This document shows, piece by piece, positions 18,152 through 28,105 of a DNA stretch of 64,000 nt. The stretch's first letter is position 1, and each line of letters begins with the position of its first letter. The translations under genes were made by a program, and so were the position numbers. Below the pieces are notes generated by a model. That model was not told the DNA's origin. It searched no databases and saw only the letters and a program-made list of their open reading frames with translations. Source of the DNA: Candidatus Latescibacterota bacterium (GTDB taxonomy: Bacteria; Latescibacterota; UBA2968; UBA8231); contig OZ241867.1 in the NCBI GenBank assembly GCA_965203175.1, positions 2,688,001 to 2,752,000 on the forward strand. Direction: 5' to 3'.

Positions 18152-21100
18152 TCAGCTTCCAGTGGATACGGAGATCTGCAACATCTCCGGATCCGGGGCG
18201 GTCTCGCGCCCGGCTAGCAACTCAGCGGCCCGCTTCTTGGCAGCCTCCATTTTGGGCTGCCGGACGCCGCGGTAGCCGCGCACCTCCTCGGGCAGCGACA
18301 GGATTTGCACCCAAGTGTCGTACTCGTCTGCGGAGCGCGGGGAAATGTCGGCGATCAGGCTTTCGTACCAAGCGGCGAAGTCGCGCTCTTCGCGGTGCCA
18401 CCACGAGGAGCAGAGCCGGCGCAGGAACTTCATGCGAGCGATTAACTTTAGCGGCCTATCGCCCAGCTTGAGATCCGGGCGGAAGTCGCGGCCAAACAGG
18501 CGCAGATGCGGCCGGTTCAGGTGGCGGTAGCGGATGCGGTCGCCGCGGCTCGGGTCGATGTTGTAGCGGCGGCGGTCGCGGCGGTACTTCTCCTCGCAGG
18601 TGAGCAGATAAGCCACGTAGATCTCGTCCTTGATGGCGAGGACCTTGGCGAGTTGGTAGATGACCGTGCGGGTGGCCGCGAAATTGCGCTCAGGCCCGTC
18701 TTTGGCCTGCACGGCGAGCACTTGGTGGATATAGCGGTCGGCGTAATCGAGGTTTTCGTACTGGATCAGGTCGTACACCCGCAGTGCAAAGTGCCGCCGC
18801 GCCGTGGCGACGGGCGTATCGCGGATGCGGTTGCGGTAGGCCTCGGCGACGCGCTTGCCCTTCTTCTTGGCCAGTAGCGCGGTTTTGTCGGCGACGAGCT
18901 CGGCGTAGCTAAGTGGTTTTTCTTCGATCGGAAAATGGTTCGGATCGAGCGCTAGGTACCGCCCCATGTTAAAGGCTTTTAGGTTGGTCTCTAGGTCGCG
19001 GCGCACGGCCTGTCCGATGGCCCAGAGCAAAATGTCTAGGTCTAGGGAGAGAAGCCCGCGCTGGAAGGCCACGCCGAGCATCATGATGTTGGCGTAAAGT
19101 TTGTTGCCCAAGTAGTGCTCGCAGATGCGGAAGAGATTCGCGCCAAAGTACGCGTCTGGCCGGGTGTGTTGGTGGATCAGGTCGGCTTGATCTTCCGCCG
19201 AGAAATCCTCTTGGCCGATTAGGGTGTCGATCGTGGGGGTTTTGGCGGTGTTGACGATGGCGGCGGTGCGCTCTGGGTGGGCGATGCGGTAGCGGCCTTC
19301 GGGTTCGAGGCCGCGCGCCGCTTCGAGTATATCGAGCCCGAAGAGCAAGTCGGCCTTGCCGCAGGGAATCAGCGGGGAGACCGGGGTGCCCTTGGGTGAG
19401 TAGCTCAAGTGCGAATAAACCGAGCCGTTGCGGATGGCCAGCCCCTTCTTGTTGGTCAGTCGCACTTCGTAGCCCTGCCGTACCCCAGCTTGCGCCAGCA
19501 CCGAAGCCACCACGTTGACGCCCATGCCGCCGACTCCGGCTATGTAGGTGTACCAGATGTCGGTTAGAGGACGATGGGGAGGCGCGGGCAACTGGCCGAC
19601 GTCAATGGGCGGGGTCGAGACGGTGGGTGGAGCTTTGCGCTGGACGGTGATTTCCTCAAAAGATGGACAGGTTTTGTCGCCATCGCCGACTTCGACCCGG
19701 GTGCAGGCACCGTCGGCAACGCAGGAGGAAGGGTCGATGGCGATCTTGGGGCCGTACTCGGTGGCGGACGCGACCGTCAGGCCGCTGCAGCCAGTCGCTT
19801 GGGTGCATTCGAGGCAGTACTCGCAGACATCTTCGCTGATATTGATGTGCTTTTCGACCGGCAGGAAGCCCTGCTCTTTAGCGATCGCGCTCTGGCTGGC
19901 TCGCTCGCGGCGGTGGTAGGTGATGCCGCATTCCTTGTCGGCGATGATGATTTTGACTCCGTCGCGGAGCAAGGTTTCGCGGACCAGGGTGTCGTAGTCT
20001 TGGCGCTGGGATGGGTCCATGCGGGCGATAAAGGTCGACGAGCCGCCCGCTAGGCCGGTGACGGCCTTTTCTATGTCTTGGGCGAAGGTCGGTTTGCCCA
20101 AGACATCGACGTCCACACCTGGGGTGGGCTGGTGCCCGGTCATGGCCGTGGTCTTGTTGTCGAGGATGATGTAGGTGATGTCCTGGCCGTTTTTGATGGA
20201 GTCGGAGATGGCGATCATGCCGGTGTGGAAGAAGGTCGAGTCCCCCATGAAGACGAGCTGTTTATTGTCGATAAAGGGATCGATGCCCGCGCCGGTTCCG
20301 CCGCCTAGGCCCATGCCGGAAAGATTGTGCATCAGTTCGGAAAACGGCGCGTATTTGAGCATGGAATAGCAGCCAATGTCGCCGTGGAAGACCAAGTCTA
20401 CCGGGGCTTGGCCCTCGGGCGGCGCAGCTAGGTCGGCCGCGGCTTTCTTGAGCACGCTGGCCGAGTCGCGGTGTGGGCACCCCGGGCAAAAGGAGGGCGC
20501 GCGCGGTGGCACGGCCGTGGTGGAGTTGACAGGGGCCAAGGAGTTGAGTTCGGCCTGTAGTTTCTCGCGGTCAATGGGTAGCTCAGCGTCTAGCGCAACG
20601 AAGAGGCGCGCTAGGGTTTGGACGATGAGCGAGGGGTGCAGGCCCTGGATATCGGGAAAGCCCGGGGTGTTGCCTGGGAAGCGCTTGCCCCACAGCGCGG
20701 CACCAAGTTCTTTTTGCCGCGCCAATTCGGCGGCGATTTGCGGCTCTATAAAGGCGCGCTTTTCCTCGACCACGCAGAAAGTTTGCGCGCAATCGGCAAA
20801 GCGCGCGATCATGTGGGGATCAACCGGGTAGGTAATGCCCAGCTTGAGGATGGGGAAATGCCCGGTTAGCCCGAGGATGTGCAGAGCGTGTTCGAGATAG
20901 CTATAAGCCAAGCCGGAGGTGATAAAGCCCAGCGGCTTGGGAGCCGCGTTCGGAGGATAGAGGATTTGATTGATGCCCGCTTCCCGCGCTAGCTGCCACA
21001 GGCGGGGGTAGCGCTGGTGGACGACTTCGCGCTCTTTGTGCGCGGTGGCCGGCGGGATAATGACGCGGTCGTCAGAGCAAATGGTGCTGGTGTCCAGCGC

Positions 21101-21706
21101 GATGCGCTGCTTGCGGTTGAGGGCGGCAAAGCGGTTGGGATAGACGGTGACGCTGCCGCCGCCATCGGCTTGGTTGGAGGTGACCAGATAGGTCAGATAG
21201 AGACCCGAGCGGCGCGACAGTTCGAAGCCGTGTCCGATCCAGTCTTTTATCTCCTGAAAGGTCGCGGGTTCGAGGACCGGCATGTAGAGATGCTGCGACA
21301 GAAAGCGCGAGTCCGCCGGTACTTGGGTTCCCTCGGACCAGGTGTCATCGCCCACGGCGACTAGGGCACCTCCGCTGGGCGAAGCACCGACCATGTTGCC
21401 GAGGGCCAATCCGTCGGCCGCCACATGTAGGCCGACGCTCTTCATCACGGCTAGGGCGCGAATGCCCTCCATCTGCGAGCCGTTGAGGCGAGCCGCGGCG
21501 AGGGCTTCGTTGTTGGCGATCTGCGCGACGATGCCGTGTTCGTTAAAGAGGTCCTTGTTGTTTTCGAGGGTCTCGAAAAGCTCGGCCAAGGGCGAGCCGG
21601 GGTACCCGGTAATGACGCTGACTTGGCTTTCTAAGGCACCCTTGACGATCAGCTCGTTGCCGGTGTAAATGCCCGTGCCTTGTTCGAGTGAGAAGCGGGG
21701 ATCCAT
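18152..21706 (-). CDS. Fused indolepyruvate/2-oxoacid:ferredoxin oxidoreductase (alpha+beta, DUF6537-like tail)
   Basis: TGYPGSP, FCPGCPH, GDIGC, GDSTFFH, TAMTGHQ, Cys cluster CEYCLEC, GVGGMGV, KDEIYVA. Confidence 0.9.
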   Translation of the reverse strand: MDPRFSLEQGTGIYTGNELIVKGALESQVSVITGYPGSPLAELFETLENNKDLFNEHGIVAQIANNEALAAARLNGSQMEGIRALAVMKSVGLHVAADGLALGNMVGASPSGGALVAVGDDTWSEGTQVPADSRFLSQHLYMPVLEPATFQEIKDWIGHGFELSRRSGLYLTYLVTSNQADGGGSVTVYPNRFAALNRKQRIALDTSTICSDDRVIIPPATAHKEREVVHQRYPRLWQLAREAGINQILYPPNAAPKPLGFITSGLAYSYLEHALHILGLTGHFPILKLGITYPVDPHMIARFADCAQTFCVVEEKRAFIEPQIAAELARQKELGAALWGKRFPGNTPGFPDIQGLHPSLIVQTLARLFVALDAELPIDREKLQAELNSLAPVNSTTAVPPRAPSFCPGCPHRDSASVLKKAAADLAAPPEGQAPVDLVFHGDIGCYSMLKYAPFSELMHNLSGMGLGGGTGAGIDPFIDNKQLVFMGDSTFFHTGMIAISDSIKNGQDITYIILDNKTTAMTGHQPTPGVDVDVLGKPTFAQDIEKAVTGLAGGSSTFIARMDPSQRQDYDTLVRETLLRDGVKIIIADKECGITYHRRERASQSAIAKEQGFLPVEKHINISEDVCEYCLECTQATGCSGLTVASATEYGPKIAIDPSSCVADGACTRVEVGDGDKTCPSFEEITVQRKAPPTVSTPPIDVGQLPAPPHRPLTDIWYTYIAGVGGMGVNVVASVLAQAGVRQGYEVRLTNKKGLAIRNGSVYSHLSYSPKGTPVSPLIPCGKADLLFGLDILEAARGLEPEGRYRIAHPERTAAIVNTAKTPTIDTLIGQEDFSAEDQADLIHQHTRPDAYFGANLFRICEHYLGNKLYANIMMLGVAFQRGLLSLDLDILLWAIGQAVRRDLETNLKAFNMGRYLALDPNHFPIEEKPLSYAELVADKTALLAKKKGKRVAEAYRNRIRDTPVATARRHFALRVYDLIQYENLDYADRYIHQVLAVQAKDGPERNFAATRTVIYQLAKVLAIKDEIYVAYLLTCEEKYRRDRRRYNIDPSRGDRIRYRHLNRPHLRLFGRDFRPDLKLGDRPLKLIARMKFLRRLCSSWWHREERDFAAWYESLIADISPRSADEYDTWVQILSLPEEVRGYRGVRQPKMEAAKKRAAELLAGRETAPDPEMLQISVSTGS

Positions 21707-21742
21707 GGTCCTATCTGAGGAGGTTGGGGAATGAACGAAAAC

Positions 21743-21770
21743 ATAGTACGAGGTCTGAGGCGGTTGTCAA
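21743..21770 (-). promoter_or_regulatory. Putative sigma70 promoter for the oxidoreductase operon
   Basis: TTGACA-N16-TACTAT. Confidence 0.5.
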
Positions 21771-21785
21771 GTCGGCCTGGCGGCC

Positions 21786-22370
21786 TCACGCTTCGGCATC
21801 GAGCCAATAGCGCTGGTATTCCTCTACGAAAGTAAGGGTCTGTAGATCGGCCATGCGGTCTAGGAAGAGCACGCCGTCGAGATGGTCGATTTCGTGCTGG
21901 AGGACGCGGGCAAAAATCCCCTCTGCTTCCAGTTCCACCGCTTGACCCTCGCGGTCGTAGCCCTGGACCTCCACGGTTGCCGAGCGCGGGACGACACCGC
22001 GCAATTGGGGAATGCTCAAGCAACCTTCCCAGGCGTCTACTCGATCCGGCGACAGGGAGGTAAAATGTGGATTGAAGAGCACGGTTAGCGGAATGACGGC
22101 CTCGTCTTGAGGATCGGCTGCGGGCTTCGACGACTCGACTGAGCTCGCCAAAGTCCTGAGCTCAGCCGAAGGGTCGCCGAGGACGATCAGCCGCAAGGAT
22201 TCAAAGACTTGCGGCGCGGCCAAGCCAATGCCCTCGTAGTCGATCATGGTCTCGATCATGTCGTCGATCAAGCGCTGCATCTGAGAGCTTTGCATCTGGG
22301 CGGGAGGGATCTCTGCGGCGCGTTGGCGCAGCACCGGATGCCCCATCCGCGACACTTTGCGAATGGCCAT
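21786..22370 (-). CDS. def: Peptide deformylase with an in-frame insertion
   Basis: GIGLAAPQ, EGCLS, QHEIDHLDG. Confidence 0.95.
   Translation of the reverse strand: MAIRKVSRMGHPVLRQRAAEIPPAQMQSSQMQRLIDDMIETMIDYEGIGLAAPQVFESLRLIVLGDPSAELRTLASSVESSKPAADPQDEAVIPLTVLFNPHFTSLSPDRVDAWEGCLSIPQLRGVVPRSATVEVQGYDREGQAVELEAEGIFARVLQHEIDHLDGVLFLDRMADLQTLTFVEEYQRYWLDAEA
22125..22171. repeat. Nested palindromic element inside def
   Basis: CTTCGAC[GACTCGACTGAGCTCGCCAAAGTC]CTGAGCTCAGCCGAAG: 24-bp inner unit with GACT/AGTC ends inside a CTTCG..CGAAG unit, both GAGCTC-centred. Confidence 0.7.
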
Positions 22371-22374
22371 GGCG

Positions 22375-22971
22375 TTACGGCGTTTGGGGGGGAGCCGCCG
22401 AGAGACAGCAGCGGAAACCCACTAAATCGAGGTGGTAGTCGGAGTCGAGGAACCGGCCGTAGCGGGCGTCGGCCCGGGCTAGGTTGACGTTGTGAAAGAA
22501 GGAGCCGCCGCGCACGATCCGCCAGCGGTCGGAGCGCGAATACCAGGACGCGGTCCACTCCCAGACATTGCCGATCATGTCATAGACTCCGTAGGCATTG
22601 GTGCAGCGTTCATACGTGCCGCTGGGCACTAGGCCCGGTCCGCGCTGCCAGATCCCAGCGACGGCAAAGCGCGTATTGCAGCGTCCAGGCTCGAAATTCT
22701 CGCCATAGGAGTACGCGAAGTTCTGTGGCCCAGTGCAGGCTTTCTGCCATTCCTGTTCGGTGCACAGCCGCTTGCCCTGCGCCGCGCAGAGCGATTCGGC
22801 TTCGCCCCAAGTGACGTCGACTTTGGGCAGGGTGCCGCGCTGGTTGGGGTACTCGTACTTGTCGATGTAGAAGTCCGGGCCGATCCATACCATGCCTTCC
22901 ACGTCGGCCGCGGCTAGCGCTGGCAGGACGAGCAACAGGCAGAGGATTAGCAGATTTTTCATGGCACTCAT
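22375..22971 (-). CDS. Secreted FGE-sulfatase (SUMF1)-fold protein
   Basis: RLCTEQEW, YGVYDMIGNVWEW, RGGSF, GFRCC; signal peptide. Confidence 0.88.
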   Translation of the reverse strand: MSAMKNLLILCLLLVLPALAAADVEGMVWIGPDFYIDKYEYPNQRGTLPKVDVTWGEAESLCAAQGKRLCTEQEWQKACTGPQNFAYSYGENFEPGRCNTRFAVAGIWQRGPGLVPSGTYERCTNAYGVYDMIGNVWEWTASWYSRSDRWRIVRGGSFFHNVNLARADARYGRFLDSDYHLDLVGFRCCLSAAPPQTP

Positions 22972-23762
22972 TCCGCGAATTGTACCGCGCCAAAGCGGGC
23001 GGGGTGGTGAAAGCCGCGTTGGTAGGTCTCGCTCCAGGCTGTGTACTCGGTCTGCTCGTGGTAGTGCTGATGAAGCGGGTCCGAGTCTGGGAGGTCATTT
23101 AGACGGCTTTTCAGGTTGCGCCCGCCCTTGCGTTCGATGCGGTAGAGGTTGAGCCGCCATATATCGCCTGCCGTTGGGCGCGCACCGCCTGTGACGCTAT
23201 CTGCCATAGCGGCCCAGGGAATGGCGATTTCCGTGGTCCAGCCCCAGTCGAGCGCGAGTGAGTCGTTCACTGTGCCGTAAGCTCGGACCGCCGTTTTAAG
23301 CCCGGCGATATCCCAGTCTTTGGACGAGTGCCACTCGGGCGACACCGAGTAGATTAGCAAATCGACGACCGCATTGAGCGGGTTGACCTCCAGCTCTAGG
23401 TAGCGTTTGCCGTCGCCGTCGGGGTCGATAAAGACCTCGACGACTTCCTCGCTCCACATCGGATCGTCTTCTTGGTCGTAGATAGCCCACATGTCCGCAT
23501 CTTGACAGACGAAGGCAAAGTAAAAGTAGTCGCTATCCCACAGCATCTTCGCCCGCGTGGGAAAGAGCACTTCGTCGTAATCGTTGAGGATGCGTTCAAA
23601 GCGGTTGATTTGATGCGCCCTCTCCCAAGAGAATTCGTCCAATTTGCCATCGACGACGATCGGTTTGAGGGCGCGTTGAACTGCGTACTGCGCCTGCAGA
23701 CCTACTTCGGCGTACGCTGCGAGTGGAAGGATGGCGAGCGTCAGAATCGTCAAAAAGCGCAT
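22968..23762 (-). CDS. Secreted CBM9-like carbohydrate-binding protein
   Basis: IVVDGKLDE.SW, EVFIDPDGDG, WTTEIAIPW, WRLNLYR, FHHPARFG. Confidence 0.85.
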   Translation of the reverse strand: MRFLTILTLAILPLAAYAEVGLQAQYAVQRALKPIVVDGKLDEFSWERAHQINRFERILNDYDEVLFPTRAKMLWDSDYFYFAFVCQDADMWAIYDQEDDPMWSEEVVEVFIDPDGDGKRYLELEVNPLNAVVDLLIYSVSPEWHSSKDWDIAGLKTAVRAYGTVNDSLALDWGWTTEIAIPWAAMADSVTGGARPTAGDIWRLNLYRIERKGGRNLKSRLNDLPDSDPLHQHYHEQTEYTAWSETYQRGFHHPARFGAVQFAE

Positions 23763-23821
23763 ACATTCTCCTTATTTTGGAGGGCTGAATATACGAAAAT
23801 CGCGCTGTCGTACCAAAATGT

Positions 23822-23856
23822 AAAAAGGGACGATGCCAAGCTGGCACCGCCCCTTG
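23822..23856 (-). terminator. Rho-independent terminator after glnA
   Basis: Minus strand AAGGGGCGGTGCCA-GCT-TGGCATCGTCCCTTTTT: stem-loop plus T run. Confidence 0.75.
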
Positions 23857-23879
23857 TGTCGTTTGAATATAGTTGATAT

Positions 23880-25361
23880 TTACACGTCGTAGTAGAGTGC
23901 GAACTCATAGGGATGAGGCCGCAAGCGGATGGCGTCGACTTCCTCGGTGCGCTTGTAGTCAATCCACGCGTCGATCAAGTCGTCCGAAAATACATCCCCC
24001 TGCAACAGAAAGTCCCGATCCTGCTCCAAGTTGTCCAACGACGCCTCCAACGAACCGGCCGTCTGCGGAACACCCGCTCGCTCCTCCGCCGACAGATCAT
24101 ACAGATTCTTGTCCAAAGGTTCACCCGGATCAAGCTGACGCTCGATCCCGTCCAACCCCGCCATCAGCATCGCCGACAGCGCCAAGTAGATGTTGCACGA
24201 CGGATCCGGACAGCGGAACTCCACCCGCTTGCTCTTGGGTGAAGGTGAATACATCGGAATGCGCACCGACGCACTGCGGTTGCGCTGCGAATAGGCCAGG
24301 TTCACCGGCGCCTCGTAGCCGGGCACCAGCCGCTTGTAGGAGTTGGTCGTCGGATTGGTAAACGCCAACAGCGCCGGCGCGTGGTGCAACAGCCCGCCGA
24401 TGTAGTGCAACGCCATCTGGCTCAGCCCGGCGTAGCCACTACCGGCAAACAACGGCGTATCGCCCTGCCACAGACTCTGGTGGGTGTGCATGCCCGTGCC
24501 GTTGTCCTCAAACAGCGGCTTGGGCATGAACGTGGCCGTCTTGCCGTGCCGATGCGCCACATTCTTGACGATGTATTTGTACAGCATCATCCGATCGCCG
24601 CAGATAAGCAGCGGACAAAAGCGAATGTCGATCTCGCCTTGGCCGGCGGTGCCCACCTCGTGGTGGTGGATCTCTGTGTCAATGCCGCAGTCGAGCATCG
24701 TCTGCACCATCTCGGTGCGAATGTCTTGCAGCGAATCCGTCGGCGGCACGGGGAAGTAGCCGCCCTTGTAATCGGGCTTGTAGCCGAGGTTAGGTCGGTC
24801 GGCGGAACCGGAGTTCCAGCGGCCTTCCTGCGAGTCGATCTCGTAGAATCCCAGATGGGCTTGCTGGTCGAAGCGGATGTTGTCGAAGATGAAAAACTCC
24901 GCTTCCGGTCCAAAGAATGCCGTGTCGGCTAGCTGGGTGCGTTGCAGATAGGCTTGGGCGCGCTGGGCGACGCCGCGGGGATCGCGGGCATAGGGCTGGC
25001 GGGTGATGGGGTCTTCAATCGAGCAGATCAGCGACAGAGTCGGCACCTGGGTGAACGGATCCATCACCGCGGTGGTCGGATCGGGCAGGACGAGCATGTC
25101 GGATTCGTTGATTTCCTGCCAGCCGCGAATGGAGGAGCCGTCGAAGCCGAGGCCTTCTTCGAACACGTCGGGTTCCAAATCGGCGATGGGCATGGTAAAG
25201 TGTTGCCAGGTGCCGGGCAGATCGACGAACTTGAAATCGACCATCTGCGCGTTGTTCTGGCGTGCTAAGGCCAGCGCCGACGAGACCGCGCTAGGCCCGG
25301 ATGACTTCGTTTTGGCTTTGGCTTTCGTTTTGGCTTTAGCTTTGGCTTTGGCTTTGGCCAT
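23880..25361 (-). CDS. glnA: Glutamine synthetase type I with N-terminal (AK)n extension
   Basis: [39 protein letters not shown], adenylylation motif NLYDL. Confidence 0.97.
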   Translation of the reverse strand: MAKAKAKAKAKTKAKAKTKSSGPSAVSSALALARQNNAQMVDFKFVDLPGTWQHFTMPIADLEPDVFEEGLGFDGSSIRGWQEINESDMLVLPDPTTAVMDPFTQVPTLSLICSIEDPITRQPYARDPRGVAQRAQAYLQRTQLADTAFFGPEAEFFIFDNIRFDQQAHLGFYEIDSQEGRWNSGSADRPNLGYKPDYKGGYFPVPPTDSLQDIRTEMVQTMLDCGIDTEIHHHEVGTAGQGEIDIRFCPLLICGDRMMLYKYIVKNVAHRHGKTATFMPKPLFEDNGTGMHTHQSLWQGDTPLFAGSGYAGLSQMALHYIGGLLHHAPALLAFTNPTTNSYKRLVPGYEAPVNLAYSQRNRSASVRIPMYSPSPKSKRVEFRCPDPSCNIYLALSAMLMAGLDGIERQLDPGEPLDKNLYDLSAEERAGVPQTAGSLEASLDNLEQDRDFLLQGDVFSDDLIDAWIDYKRTEEVDAIRLRPHPYEFALYYDV

Positions 25362-25398
25362 GAGAGATCCTTTCTCAAAGTAGTGGTTGATATGGGAT

Positions 25399-25432
25399 CA
25401 GGAGGCGCGCTCCCCGCCGCGCGCGCCTCCTG
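25399..25432. terminator. GC-rich intercistronic hairpin (porin to glnA)
   Basis: CAGGAGGCGCGC...GCGCGCCTCCTG inverted repeat without a clear T-tail. Confidence 0.5.
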
Positions 25433-25471
25433 CTTCTGGTCTGGGTTCCTCGTTGGAGTGCAGACTAGGTT

Positions 25472-26158
25472 TTAGAAGCTCCTACCAAAGACGAGGAAGG
25501 TGCTTTCTCTGTTGGGATTGAGGATATAGGAAGCGAAGTAGTCGCCCTTGCTCATGTTGAGGCCGACGCTGACCAGATCTATGGTATCCTCTGGATCTTC
25601 GCCGTCCCCTGGATTTTCGTCGACTTCATAGGTGTAAACCCCGTTGCCAAGGCCGACGGTGACGCTGACGGCAGTCTCTTCCATCTCTCCCAAGTCGTAG
25701 GTCGCTTCCGCCCAGAACGAATTATCGGAGTCGCCGGAGAAGTTATAGGCGACCAAGGCGCTCAAGGGCACGTCGTCTGGGGCAAGAGACGCGCTGACTT
25801 CGAGGACATGTACTGCGTCGTCGTTGCTGTAGCTGAAGAAATCGTCGTCTTCGGTCAGGCCCGGGAAATAGTAGTCGGTCAGGGTGACGCCGATGGGGCC
25901 GGACGAGAAGCTGACGTAGAGATCGTTCTCGTTGTTGGCACCGCCATCGGAGATCGCCCACGAGGACCAAGCGCCGACTTCGACGTTGCCGGAGCTGATG
26001 GACATGCCCGGCTGGACGCTGACGGCATTGCCAAAGTCCGTGCCGCGCCACACGTAGCGGTTGACTACGTCGGCACCAAAGCCAACCCCAGCATCGGCCG
26101 GAACGGCGGATAAGGTCAGCGCAAAGAAAAGGGGTGCGGCAAAAAGCAAGCGTTTCAT
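25472..26158 (-). CDS. Putative porin, TorF/Gcw_chp (TIGR02001)-like
   Basis: Signal peptide, NRYVWRG, VQPG, GAWSS, ENDLY, C-terminal Phe; RBS AGGAGG. Confidence 0.78.
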   Translation of the reverse strand: MKRLLFAAPLFFALTLSAVPADAGVGFGADVVNRYVWRGTDFGNAVSVQPGMSISSGNVEVGAWSSWAISDGGANNENDLYVSFSSGPIGVTLTDYYFPGLTEDDDFFSYSNDDAVHVLEVSASLAPDDVPLSALVAYNFSGDSDNSFWAEATYDLGEMEETAVSVTVGLGNGVYTYEVDENPGDGEDPEDTIDLVSVGLNMSKGDYFASYILNPNRESTFLVFGRSF

Positions 26159-26189
26159 CAATTCCTCCTTAGGTGGGTGGGGTAAGAGG

Positions 26190-26220
26190 AGGGCCGGTGT
26201 AGCCGAGCTACACCGGCCCC
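26190..26220. terminator. Intercistronic hairpin after glnK
   Basis: GGGGCCGGTGTAGC-CGA-GCTACACCGGCCCC. Confidence 0.55.
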
Positions 26221-26226
26221 TTGCTA

Positions 26227-26565
26227 TCACAGGGCGCTTTCGCCCGTCTCGCCGGTGCGAATGCGCACAGCTTCTTGGATCGGCGAGGCGAAGACCTTGC
26301 CGTCGCCGACTTTGCCGGACTTGGCTGCCTCGACGATGGTGTTGATTGCCTGCTCGTGGTCAGCGTCCTTGACGACGACCTCGATTTTGATCTTGGGGAC
26401 GAAATCAATGCGGTACTCGGCTCCGCGATAGACCTCGCGATGGCCGCGCTGGCGGCCAAAGCCCCGCACTTCGGTTACGGACATGCCGGCGATGCCCCGT
26501 TCGCCCAGGGCCTTCTGCACGTCCTCAAGGGCCGATGGCCGGAGGTATGCTTCAATCTTATACAT
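26227..26565 (-). CDS. glnK: Nitrogen regulatory protein PII
   Basis: GFGRQRG, T-loop YRGAEY, PKIKIE, GKVGDGKVF, RIRTGE; directly downstream of amtB. Confidence 0.95.
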   Translation of the reverse strand: MYKIEAYLRPSALEDVQKALGERGIAGMSVTEVRGFGRQRGHREVYRGAEYRIDFVPKIKIEVVVKDADHEQAINTIVEAAKSGKVGDGKVFASPIQEAVRIRTGETGESAL

Positions 26566-26581
26566 CGTTGTTCCCCCTCGC

Positions 26582-27919
26582 TTAGTTGTTGATGTGCTGA
26601 AAATCCGCGTACGCGGGCTGGCCGTGCTCACTTAAGTCGAGGCCCTCATCCTCGTCTTCCTCATCGACGCGGAACCCGAGTGTCGCCTTGACAATGGTCG
26701 CGAGGATAAAGGAAAAGACAAAGGCGAAGATGGCAAAAGATAGGGTACCCAATAGCTGGATGCCTACACTGTGGTCGGCGTTGGTACTGAATATCCCGAC
26801 CGCGACCGTGCCCCAGACGCCACAGATGCCGTGGACGGAGATGGCACCGACCGGATCGTCGATCTTGATGCGGTCGATAAAGACAATAGAGAAGACGACG
26901 ATGATTCCGGCGATTAGCCCAATCCAGATGGCTCCGCCCCAAGTGACCACGTCGGCACCAGCCGTGATGCCCACTAGCCCGGCGAGAATGCCGTTGAGCG
27001 CCATGGTGATGTCGGGCTTTTTAAGGTAAATATAAGAGGTAAAAATCGAAGCCATGCAACCGGCCGCAGCGGCGAGGGTCGTGGTGACGAAGACCAGCGA
27101 TACGGCCGCGGGGTCGGCGCTGAGCACCGAGCCGCCGTTGAAGCCGAACCAGCCGAGCCAGAGCAGGAAGACGCCGATAGTTGACAGCGGCATGCTGTGC
27201 CCGAGGATGGGCCTGATTTCCCCGTTGTGGTATTTGCCCTTGCGCGCCCCTAGCACTATGACTGCGGCGAGGGCCGAAAAGCCGCCAAAAGCGTGCACTA
27301 CCGACGAACCGGCGAAGTCGTAGAAACCGAGGTCATCGAGCCAGCCAGCGCCCCACTTCCAGGAGCCTGCTATGGTGTAGCCAAAGGCCACCAAAATCGC
27401 GGCGTAGAGCATGAAGCCCGACAGCTTGACGCGCTCGGCCACCGCACCGGAGACGATGGTGGCGGCGGTGGCGGCAAACATGGCTTGGAAGATGAAGTCC
27501 GACCAATAGGTGTAATCTGCGTACTGATTGGTCAGATTGGCCACATCGTCGTCAAAGCCGATCCAGCCCTTGAGGGCCAACACATCGGCGATGATCCAAT
27601 CGTCGCCCGGATACATGATGTTGAAACCGCACAAGGCGTAGGTGAGGATGCCGGCCGAGATGATAAAGAGGTTCTTGAAGAGGATGTTGACCGTGTTCTT
27701 CTGCCGGGTCAGGCCGGATTCGAGCGTGGCAAAGCCCAAGTGCATGATGAAGACCAACGCTGCGGCGATGAGAATCCACAGGTTGTCCACCATGAATTTG
27801 GGATAGGCCAAGGGCATGGCCTGAAAATCTTCCATGGCTCCGGCTGAAGCCTGAGTGGCCGCCCCGAGGACCCCGGCACAGATCCATAAGAGCGAAGGAC
27901 GGTTGCGAAAAACAGACAT
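26582..27919 (-). CDS. amtB: Ammonium transporter
   Basis: FQAMFAAT, SGAVAER, DFAGSSVVH, GWFGFNGGS, DDPVGAISVHG. Confidence 0.96.
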   Translation of the reverse strand: MSVFRNRPSLLWICAGVLGAATQASAGAMEDFQAMPLAYPKFMVDNLWILIAAALVFIMHLGFATLESGLTRQKNTVNILFKNLFIISAGILTYALCGFNIMYPGDDWIIADVLALKGWIGFDDDVANLTNQYADYTYWSDFIFQAMFAATAATIVSGAVAERVKLSGFMLYAAILVAFGYTIAGSWKWGAGWLDDLGFYDFAGSSVVHAFGGFSALAAVIVLGARKGKYHNGEIRPILGHSMPLSTIGVFLLWLGWFGFNGGSVLSADPAAVSLVFVTTTLAAAAGCMASIFTSYIYLKKPDITMALNGILAGLVGITAGADVVTWGGAIWIGLIAGIIVVFSIVFIDRIKIDDPVGAISVHGICGVWGTVAVGIFSTNADHSVGIQLLGTLSFAIFAFVFSFILATIVKATLGFRVDEEDEDEGLDLSEHGQPAYADFQHINN

Positions 27920-27996
27920 GGGCAATCCCTTCCCTTGAATGAGGTAAGGAGGCATCCTGTCGATGCCTCGTAGATGCGAACGTCGGATACTACAAG

Positions 27997-28011
27997 GCAA
28001 GAAATGTGCCA
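27997..28011 (-). promoter_or_regulatory. Sigma54 promoter of amtB-glnK operon
   Basis: TGGCAC-ATTTC-TTGC. Confidence 0.88.
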
Positions 28012-28105
28012 AGTGGATTGAGTGCGGATACGTCAGAATTGTAGCTTATTGTAAATTAGGGAGTTAGAAAAAATAACAATAAAGAGAGAAACGAGGTCGG
28101 CATAA

